64,000 nucleotides of DNA from Candidatus Cloacimonetes bacterium HGW-Cloacimonetes-1 (GTDB lineage Bacteria; Cloacimonadota; Cloacimonadia; Cloacimonadales; Cloacimonadaceae). The notes below the pieces were generated by a model. That model was not told the DNA's origin. It did no database searches and saw only the letters and a program-made list of their open reading frames with translations. Positions 56,735-64,000 of the stretch are shown here, piece after piece. The stretch is taken from assembly GCA_002841975.1 (NCBI GenBank), contig PHBQ01000017.1, forward strand, positions 33,695 through 97,694. Direction: 5' to 3'. The position numbers and the translations under genes are program-made. The first letter of the stretch is position 1. Each line of letters begins with the position of its first letter.

Positions 56735-58273
56735 ATGTTAAAAGTTTCTATTGCTCCCGATGGCAAGGAATATGCACTGCCAACCCCTGAAGACAGTGCC
56801 AAAGAACGCGAAATACTCACACAAATTACGATCGAACAGCGCAAGCTGGGTCGTAAGATTGTGGCAGTTCAAGGCTTAGGATTTGTCGGTTGCGTGATGG
56901 CAACTGTCGTGGCAGATGCTGAAGACAGCAACGGGAAGCCCATTTATTATGTTCATGGTCATCAAAGAGCTTCCGGAAGATCCTTTTGGAAGATTCCGGT
57001 CATCAATTCCGGTGTCGCACCGGTAAGCAGTTCGGATCCCGAAGTTCCGGCGATTTTCAATCGTTGTGTGGTGGAAAAGAAAAACTTCCGTGCCACCTCC
57101 GAAGATTATGTATATGAACTGGTGGATGTGGTAGTGGTGGACATTCAATTAGATGCCACTAAACCTGCTTTCGGCGAAGCCGAAAAAGGATATTGTGATA
57201 TCTCCGCTTTCCGTGAAGGCATCCGTACCCTAGGTAAGCATATCAAGCCGGAATGCCTGATCCTGGTCGAAACCACTGTCCCTCCCGGAACTTGCGAGAA
57301 AGTGGTCAAACCTATTATCGAAGAAGAATTTACCAAACGTGGCATCGACATCATTGCCAATCCCCCACTTATTGCCCACAGCTATGAACGCGTGATGCCG
57401 GGAGCCAAATACGTGGCTTCCATCCGTGATTTTTGGCGGGTGTTTTCCGGTATCAATCAAAAGAGTATAGATCTCTGTCGTGCGTTTTTGACAGATGTGC
57501 TCAATGTCGAGAATTTCCCCCTGACTCAGCTCGATCACACCAATGCCTCCGAGCTGTCCAAAGTGATGGAAAACTCCTATCGTGCCACCAACATCGCCCT
57601 AACCCTCGAATGGGCAAAATTTGCCGAGCAGATCGGCGTCGATATCTTCAAGGTGCGGGATGCCATCCGCAAACGCAAAGGAACGCATGACAACCTGTTA
57701 CGTCCCAGTTTGGGTGTAGGCGGATATTGCCTCACCAAAGATCCGGTGCTGGCAAATTGGTCGATGGGTGCACTCTTTGGACTGGAAGGTTCTCTGGATG
57801 TGGCAATCCGTTCCGTCAATATCAACGATACCATGCCGCTGCATACGATAGAACTGATCGAAGCCGAATATGAGAACATTCTCAACCTCAAAATCACCAT
57901 TTTGGGCGTTTCATATCTGGAAGATCTGGGTGATACCAGACACTCTCCCACCAAGACCTTAGTGGAGTTTTTGCGCAAAGACCTCGCCCTCGTCCGCGTT
58001 CACGATCCGTATGTGGAATATTGGGCAGAGCTGGAAGAAATCAAAGTACTGAACAATCTTGCCGATGCCCTGGCCGGTGCGGAAGTAGTGGTCATGGCCG
58101 TTGGTCATGCCGAATACCATGCCATCAAGCCCCAAGATCTGGTCGCCATGTGTGGCACCAAGCCTCTCATCATAGACTGTTCAAACTTCTTTGATGATGC
58201 CAAGATCAAGCAGTATCTGGCTTTGGGATGCAAAGTCAAGGGTATTGGTAAAGGGCATATCTCTCAGTTGTAA
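56735..58273 (+). CDS. Nucleotide-sugar dehydrogenase (UDP-glucose/GDP-mannose dehydrogenase family, long form)
   Basis: Rossmann motif VQGLGFVGCVMA and catalytic Cys block GVGGYCLTKDP, with a C-terminal UDP-binding domain. Confidence 0.85.
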   Translation: MLKVSIAPDGKEYALPTPEDSAKEREILTQITIEQRKLGRKIVAVQGLGFVGCVMATVVADAEDSNGKPIYYVHGHQRASGRSFWKIPVINSGVAPVSSSDPEVPAIFNRCVVEKKNFRATSEDYVYELVDVVVVDIQLDATKPAFGEAEKGYCDISAFREGIRTLGKHIKPECLILVETTVPPGTCEKVVKPIIEEEFTKRGIDIIANPPLIAHSYERVMPGAKYVASIRDFWRVFSGINQKSIDLCRAFLTDVLNVENFPLTQLDHTNASELSKVMENSYRATNIALTLEWAKFAEQIGVDIFKVRDAIRKRKGTHDNLLRPSLGVGGYCLTKDPVLANWSMGALFGLEGSLDVAIRSVNINDTMPLHTIELIEAEYENILNLKITILGVSYLEDLGDTRHSPTKTLVEFLRKDLALVRVHDPYVEYWAELEEIKVLNNLADALAGAEVVVMAVGHAEYHAIKPQDLVAMCGTKPLIIDCSNFFDDAKIKQYLALGCKVKGIGKGHISQL

Positions 58274-58298
58274 ATCACCAGTACATTATAGATCAATC

Positions 58299-58330
58299 AG
58301 GCTGCTGACTTGTGTTGGCAGCCTTTTTTT
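58299..58330 (+). terminator. Rho-independent terminator after the nucleotide-sugar dehydrogenase gene
   Basis: aggctgc-tgacttgtgttg-gcagcct followed by tttttt. Confidence 0.7.
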
Positions 58331-58372
58331 ACCTTGGATAAAGGCAGTTACAAAGAGCTGCGATCCTGGAGA

Positions 58373-59641
58373 TTAAATTGTACTCAAGCGGTGATAGAGC
58401 TGGGTCAATTGCTGGGAGCGTTCATACTCCGGGGGAATTTGGTAGGATCGGGGATTGGGAGATTTGAGGTCTTCCAAACAGCGGCTGAGGGCTGCCTCGA
58501 TAGTGGATGCGGATTCCATGGCACATATATAATCGTGGCCACAACTGCGGAGCAATTCGGCAGCTTCTTTGGCAGCAGGCACCATAGCCAGGATCGGTCT
58601 TTGGCTACGGATGTATTCAAAGATTTTGCTGGTGAGAGTGCCATAAGGGCTACTACTATTGATGTTTAACACCAGTACATCTGCTTGCATCATTTGTGCA
58701 AGGGCTTCCCGATGTTGAAGCTGGGGCACTACTTCGATGAGATCGGATATCCCGCTGGCTTCGATATCCGCATAAGTTTCCACAAAGTAGTTTCCATAGA
58801 GGCGGAGCTTGGTATCCGGGGGTAGCAACTCCTGTTGCCGAAGCGATAGCAGTGCTGCATAGAGGTTTTTCATGCTGCGTCTGGCATAGATCGCACCATA
58901 ATAGGCAATTTCAAATCCGCAATTCTTTGCACTAGAGGTCGGCAGGTTTTGAAAATCTTCTTCATCCCAACCATTGTAAACAGTCATTTGACGATCTTCC
59001 AACCCCTCTCCAAAGGCAGCACAGAGGTCTCTGCCAATTCCGGAGGTAGCTGTGACGAGCAGGGCCGACTGGCGCAGAATCCGTCTTTCCCAATAGCTGC
59101 TGATGCCTCGATGCAGCTTGGTGATGCCCTGATTATAATCGCTTAAAAGAGTCCAATAATCCCGATAGTCCACGACCAAAGGGAGATGAAAGCGAGATGC
59201 GAGATAGGACGCCGCAATGGCAGAGGAGAACGGACCGCAGGACACATAGATCAGGTCATAGGAGCGAGCTTGGCAAGCCGTGATCCCGGCAGCTATGACA
59301 AAGGGAACCCAGGCAATCTTGTCGTCCACGGGGATCATGCCCCGAATCAGTCTTTTCATCCGTTCAGATGTCCCTAGGTAGAGGGATCTGGAATTGATGG
59401 CACCGCTCTGGGAGAGTTTTTTGGTGATTGCCATGGGATCCAGAGACGCAGTGCGGATCAGTTCCCGTTCGCGACATTCGGACAGCAGACTGTTGTCCTC
59501 CAGGAGATATTCAATCTCACGGACAGTGATGACATCGATATTGGCACCTAATGAGCTCAAATATTTTACAGCCTTGGTATTACGAAAAGTGGCAGGCCCT
59601 CCCAAGGGGGGGTAAAAATAGCTGATATAGAGGATGTCCAT
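58373..59641 (-). CDS. Glycosyltransferase (GT-B fold, GT4/GT1-like)
   Basis: 422 aa. The C-terminal nucleotide-sugar binding block is GTLTSKIFEYIRSQRPILA. Confidence 0.75.
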   Translation of the reverse strand: MDILYISYFYPPLGGPATFRNTKAVKYLSSLGANIDVITVREIEYLLEDNSLLSECRERELIRTASLDPMAITKKLSQSGAINSRSLYLGTSERMKRLIRGMIPVDDKIAWVPFVIAAGITACQARSYDLIYVSCGPFSSAIAASYLASRFHLPLVVDYRDYWTLLSDYNQGITKLHRGISSYWERRILRQSALLVTATSGIGRDLCAAFGEGLEDRQMTVYNGWDEEDFQNLPTSSAKNCGFEIAYYGAIYARRSMKNLYAALLSLRQQELLPPDTKLRLYGNYFVETYADIEASGISDLIEVVPQLQHREALAQMMQADVLVLNINSSSPYGTLTSKIFEYIRSQRPILAMVPAAKEAAELLRSCGHDYICAMESASTIEAALSRCLEDLKSPNPRSYQIPPEYERSQQLTQLYHRLSTI

Positions 59642-59650
59642 AAACCTGGT

Positions 59651-60805
59651 TTATTTGCCGGGGGCGAGAGTTTGGATGATGCGGAGCAGCTCCGGTTCCA
59701 TAGCTTCCCAGTTATATTTTTCTTCCACGATGTGGGAACATGCCCGGCTCATGACATCATAATCCGGCTCAGACAGTTCGAGCAGTGAAGCGATGGCAGT
59801 TGCCAGTTTTTGGGGCTGATAATCCGTACAAATGCCCAGATGATTAGCTTTGATCAGGGCATTCATGATCTCGGTTTTGATCGTGATGAGCGGCAGACCA
59901 GCGGAAAGATATTCCAGAACTTTGAGCGGCAGGGCGTTTGCCATGCGTTTATTGGCGGGATTAAAGATCCACAAGCCCAGCTTTGCTCTTTTGAGCAGCA
60001 CTCCGATCTTCTCTGCCGGTAACCATGCCTGGTAGTACAGCACCGAATTGAGATTCAGGGTATTGATCTTGGCATAGAAGGTCTTTTCGACGTCTTCGTT
60101 ATGAAATCTCCCCACGATCAGGACTTTGACATAAGGATGTACTTTCCTCAGCAGAGCTATACTTTCCAGGATCACGAAAATACCACGGTCCACCGTGAGG
60201 CCACCGATATATATCAGGTCAAATTCCATTTCGCAGATGGGATGAATCGAATGGGGTATTTCACAATTGTAATCCCATACGTTTTTCACGGGATAATTCG
60301 GCAAGACATGCGCATTGGACCACGGCTTACTTCCCGTCAATTGCTTCAGGATCAGATGGTTTACGCCAAACACATAGTCCACGCGACGTGCCAGCCAGCG
60401 TTCTGCGCTCAGATAGCTTCTGTATGCCAGATAACGCAAGACGGGAGTGAACCTTTCGGCATAGGCATCGGCAAAAAACTCATGCACATCAAAAACGATC
60501 TTGGTGCGTTGAAATCTGCGGAGCGCAAAACCTACAAAGAGGGTGAGTGGCTCGACACAGATCACGACATCCGGACGGATCTTGCTGGCTTTGAGATACA
60601 ATTGATATAGGGCAACCCATTTTGATTCGGAGGAAACCACACATTGGCGAGGGTTTTGATCCTTGTTCGTAAGCCCAGCTGTGGAAATGAGATAGACCTC
60701 TCCGATCTTCGCCAAACTCTTCGCGATCTTATAATAGAGCCGCACATCGTTTGTGGGATGCGAATTTGAAACAATACATATCTTGACATTACTATCCTTC
60801 TGCAT
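59651..60805 (-). CDS. Glycosyltransferase family 4/1
   Basis: 384 aa. LPLKVLEYLSAGLPLIT is the typical GT-B E-x7-E region. It lies 9 nt upstream of the next glycosyltransferase gene. Confidence 0.8.
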   Translation of the reverse strand: MQKDSNVKICIVSNSHPTNDVRLYYKIAKSLAKIGEVYLISTAGLTNKDQNPRQCVVSSESKWVALYQLYLKASKIRPDVVICVEPLTLFVGFALRRFQRTKIVFDVHEFFADAYAERFTPVLRYLAYRSYLSAERWLARRVDYVFGVNHLILKQLTGSKPWSNAHVLPNYPVKNVWDYNCEIPHSIHPICEMEFDLIYIGGLTVDRGIFVILESIALLRKVHPYVKVLIVGRFHNEDVEKTFYAKINTLNLNSVLYYQAWLPAEKIGVLLKRAKLGLWIFNPANKRMANALPLKVLEYLSAGLPLITIKTEIMNALIKANHLGICTDYQPQKLATAIASLLELSEPDYDVMSRACSHIVEEKYNWEAMEPELLRIIQTLAPGK

Positions 60806-61128
60806 TGGTACACTTCGCTATTCTTGTACATATTTAGTCAAGACTTTTGTTAAAGGTTCTCAGTTCTGTGGTTTGGAGGTGGGTAATGTGCATTTACACA
60901 GAGAGGGATCCCTGTAGTGTTTTGATCTTGTTTATAGGCTAAAAACCGGCGAAAGCCAGTGATACTGCCGGCTGAAGCCAGCGCTACCCAGTGTTTACAG
61001 CTCTGTTTTGATAACAATTTATCGCTACCTGTGATGCTACGTCGGCAAGATATATCTTGACAGGAATATTGTATGCGTGGAATATGATCCCTGTAAAGCA
61101 TGCTTATACTAAATACTGGAGGTACACC

Positions 61129-61665
61129 ATGAGTGTTACATCTGCTGAAGCCGCATTACTCGGTCTTTTGAGCGAAGGAGCAAAACATCCGTATCACATC
61201 GAAAAGGATGTTCAATATCGGGACATGAGATTTTGGACAGAGCTCTCAATGTCTGCAATTTACAAGGCTCTGACGAAATTGGAATTTATGAATTTCGTGG
61301 AATCTACTACTGAAATCAGTGAAGAAAATCGAGCCCGTAAGGTCTATCAGCTCACGCCGGATGGGATGCTGGCATTCAAAGAAAAGCTCACAGAGTTGCT
61401 AAAGGAGCCGGAGCATTTACGCTGGCAAGCGGATATCGCCTTTTACAATCTGGCAGTATTTACTCCGGAAGAGCAGGTAAACTTGCTGAGTGCCTACAAA
61501 GAGGCTATCCTCAAAAGCATCCAAAGCTATCGGGAATTGGAAGCCTTTATGCAGGAGGGAGAGTGCAGCAAGTACCATCTCAGCGTATCCCTGCGCCCGA
61601 TCTATCTGATGGAAGGCGAATTGAAGTGGGTCGATGATTTCATCGGGCAAATCAAGAATCCGTAA
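61129..61665 (+). CDS. PadR family transcriptional regulator
   Basis: Winged-helix N-terminus ALLGLLSEGAKHPYHIEKDV...RKVYQLTPDG. ATG 61129 is preceded by GGAGG, so it is preferred over the track start at 61057. Confidence 0.8.
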   Translation: MSVTSAEAALLGLLSEGAKHPYHIEKDVQYRDMRFWTELSMSAIYKALTKLEFMNFVESTTEISEENRARKVYQLTPDGMLAFKEKLTELLKEPEHLRWQADIAFYNLAVFTPEEQVNLLSAYKEAILKSIQSYRELEAFMQEGECSKYHLSVSLRPIYLMEGELKWVDDFIGQIKNP

Positions 61666-61829
61666 ACAACACTACTAAAGAAATACGTCTGTTTGGGGTT
61701 AAGATTTCCTTAGCCCCAGACGCAAACAAGTGTAGTTTGGCTTACGTCTATCCATAGCATATTAAGCCTGTAAAACCCTGGTAAACTATGCTTCTGGACC
61801 GCAAATCGAGTTTGGGAAAGCAGTGCTTT

Positions 61830-61935
61830 CGGGCGAACCGCCGTTCGCCCCTACTCCAAGCTCAGGTGCTGCCCTCGTGATCCCCTCGTGAAGCCCTTGT
61901 CGCGACGAGGGAATCGCCACGGAAGCACGTGAAGA
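61830..61935. repeat. Family A intergenic palindromic repeat, copy 5 (inverted relative to copy 4)
   Basis: gggcgaaccgccgttcgcccctactccaagctcaggtgctgccctcgtgatcccctcgtgaagcccttgtcgcgacgagggaatcgc is the reverse-complement counterpart of copies 1, 2 and 4. Confidence 0.75.
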
Positions 61936-62104
61936 GGACAAGGTGGATAAATATGAGACCGTTGAATAGTTGGGTTGTAGGGCAAAGCCCTACCCAAAAA
62001 AGGGGGTGGTGGGCGGGAATAGATTATAAAATTGACAGTTTTCGAGGCTTTTATCTACCAAACTGATAAATTACAACTTATGTGCAACGCTCTTATATGC
62101 CAAC

Positions 62105-64000
62105 TCAAGCTTTGAGTAGCTCACGGCATATGGCGATTTGCTCGTTTACCAGGTCATCATAGATGGCTGAATTGGCTTTATGAAAGCAGCGTTGAGCTGC
62201 TTGGAGCTTGCTAAGTGACAGCTCTGCATTTCCCATAGAGAGGGATGCCATAGCGGAATTGAAATAAGCTCTGCCCTCTCCATCAATATCGCCGATCTCA
62301 TGGCATATTTTCAAGTTTTGTTCATAATACTCGAGTGCTTTGGGAAAATCGTCGCGATTGGTAGCAATGTTTCCCAGGTTCCCGAGGCTATGCGCCTCAC
62401 CCTCGAGGTCGTTGATACTGCGCTGATATTCCAGGTTGTTTTGATAGTATTGTTCGGCTTTGTCGATGTCATCCCGAGCCATCCAGAGATCGCCCAGGGC
62501 ATCATTGGCATAGCTGATTCCCAGACTATCGGAGATTTCGATAGCTATCTCCAGAGCCGCATGAAAGCTCTTTTCCGCCTCATCCAGTTGATCCTGCTGG
62601 TATTGCATTTCCCCCATATTGTAGAGGACGTTTTCCTGTTGAGCTTTGTTGCCCATCATTACAGCCATGCTCAGACTTTTTTGATATGCCTCCAGCGCAA
62701 TATCGTACTTGCCCTGTTGACGATACAAAATGCCGATATCCATGATTACTTTCAAATAGCCAAAACGATCTCCGATCTTCTCTGCGAGGGTGCGAGCCCT
62801 TTCATAGTAACTCATGGCTTTGGTGTGTTTTCCGGCTTTGCGCATGATATTCCCCAGTGAGTGTAAGGAGATCCGGGTGGCGATATTGTCCTGGAGTATG
62901 TGGGAAAGAGACATTACGCGCCGAAAGTGCTTTTCAGCTTCCCGATATGCTCCCCGGTCGTAACTGAGCTGCCCATAAATCCCCTCTATTTTGCACAAAT
63001 AATAGAATTGCGGGGTGTCTTCCACAGAGATCGCACGTTCCTGAAGCGTGGTTTTGAGATCCGAAAAATCCTGCTCGGAGTAACTGATATTTACATTTTG
63101 GGAAGTACTGAGTTGGTGGTTGATATTGTCGATCAAGCGTTGTAACACGTGTTCCAACTCGGTGGTGTTGTTCACAATCCGCAGAGAATCCGCATAAAAG
63201 ATCATGCACAGATAGTAATAGTGATCGAGACTGGGACATTCGATACAGGCATTCACGAGTTGTGCCACTTTGGCATACTCCGCTTGCAAATACAGAGATT
63301 TTGCCATGAGATAGATATATTTGGAATAGATCGGTACTCGCGGTGTAGGCTTGGTAATACTGTTTAAGAGCCGATTTGCCTCCTCCACTTCCGTGTGGTA
63401 AAACAGCGATTCTACCAAAGCTAACTGAAGCTCGATTTTGCGGGATTGAAGGTGGCAAAACCGTAGGGCTACTTCATAGTAATAGCTGCTTTCCTCATAG
63501 TTTGCCAGCGCATAGTTTTTTTCTGCTGCCAGAATGCTATATTCATATGCTTTGATAGCGTTTTCTGCCAGAATATAGTGATTTGTGATAATTTCCAGAT
63601 TGCTGTTATCACCTGCTTTCAGCATTTGGACATAGTGATCGGCTATTTGCTGATGGAGTCCCTTTTTTTCGGAAAGCAAAATGGTTTTGTAAATCGCTTC
63701 CCGCATCAGGTTGTTGGAAAAGATATAGACCAGATCGGGAGTGATGTTGGTTCTGGAAAAGACTTGATCCGTATCCAGACTGTCCAGCAGCTCGAGCACT
63801 TTGGTTTTGATGTTTTGGCTATCGATTATTGCCAGTTCAGCAATCGTGAAGGCTTTGCCAATGATGGCTGCCAGCTTCAGGATGTACTGTGTCTCATAGT
63901 TAAAATAGGTCAGGCGATTCACAAAGAGGTTCTCGATCGAATTGGGCAGATGTCCGCGTCGCTCTACATCGTGCAGATCTGCCAAGGTTATAAGCCGATT
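62105..64000 (-). CDS. TPR-repeat protein, C-terminal part of a larger (likely STAND/AAA-ATPase-TPR) regulator; N-terminus lies outside the window
   Basis: The frame stays open to nt 64000. The region ...HLPNSIENLFVNRLTYFNYETQYILKLAAIIGKAFT resembles the post-ATPase helical segment of ATPase-TPR signalling proteins. Many TPR units follow (ALEAYQKSL, AEQYYQNNLEY, ALEYYEQNLKI). Confidence 0.7.
   Translation of the reverse strand, partial: NRLITLADLHDVERRGHLPNSIENLFVNRLTYFNYETQYILKLAAIIGKAFTIAELAIIDSQNIKTKVLELLDSLDTDQVFSRTNITPDLVYIFSNNLMREAIYKTILLSEKKGLHQQIADHYVQMLKAGDNSNLEIITNHYILAENAIKAYEYSILAAEKNYALANYEESSYYYEVALRFCHLQSRKIELQLALVESLFYHTEVEEANRLLNSITKPTPRVPIYSKYIYLMAKSLYLQAEYAKVAQLVNACIECPSLDHYYYLCMIFYADSLRIVNNTTELEHVLQRLIDNINHQLSTSQNVNISYSEQDFSDLKTTLQERAISVEDTPQFYYLCKIEGIYGQLSYDRGAYREAEKHFRRVMSLSHILQDNIATRISLHSLGNIMRKAGKHTKAMSYYERARTLAEKIGDRFGYLKVIMDIGILYRQQGKYDIALEAYQKSLSMAVMMGNKAQQENVLYNMGEMQYQQDQLDEAEKSFHAALEIAIEISDSLGISYANDALGDLWMARDDIDKAEQYYQNNLEYQRSINDLEGEAHSLGNLGNIATNRDDFPKALEYYEQNLKICHEIGDIDGEGRAYFNSAMASLSMGNAELSLSKLQAAQRCFHKANSAIYDDLVNEQIAICRELLKA

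Noticed and set aside
1-64000. tRNA, rRNA, tmRNA or riboswitch genes
   Set aside because: Reading the intergenic regions by eye, I found no T-loop (GGTTCGAATCC-like) or cloverleaf signatures and no recognisable riboswitch cores. A proper tRNAscan/Infernal run is still needed for certainty.

Overview
This 64-kb bacterial chromosomal window is gene dense. About 50 protein genes are supportable. I found no rRNA, tRNA or CRISPR array. The content suggests an anaerobic, amino-acid-fermenting member of the FCB group, possibly Cloacimonadota-like; this is inference only. The supporting content is many secreted proteins with T9SS/Por-type C-terminal sorting domains, a methylmalonyl-CoA:pyruvate transcarboxylase, an ornithine/alanine racemase-like enzyme and extracellular endonuclease I paralogs.

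Housekeeping genes I recognise with confidence are serS, tpiA, pyrR, pyrF, folC, a PiT phosphate transporter with its DUF47 partner, comEC, an Fe-alcohol dehydrogenase, an acyl-CoA ligase and the 12S and 5S-BCCP carboxyltransferase subunits.

The most interesting region is a visibly AT-rich ~3.1-kb island at 43.1-46.2 kb. It sits between the transcarboxylase operon and a GNAT/racemase pair and is flanked by directly repeated mosaic hairpin-repeat blocks. It encodes a co-oriented, tightly packed trio:
- a TcmP-like (three-Cys-motif partner) protein with a methyltransferase-like fold
- a radical-SAM-like protein with a non-canonical CX3CX3C cysteine triad
- a protein with an unknown N-terminal domain fused to an Mrr-type PD-(D/E)xK nuclease

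A C-terminal remnant of a DNA methyltransferase and a 29-bp perfect inverted repeat lie beside the trio. I propose it as a candidate undescribed DNA modification/restriction-type defence module.

Other notable items:
- a DEXH helicase of the MrfA/YprA type with an inserted HNH nuclease
- a 2584-aa surface protein built from three tandem ~1.67-kb repeats
- a pair of signal-anchored 2x[4Fe-4S] ferredoxins in an envelope gene cluster
- at least two families of intergenic palindromic repeats
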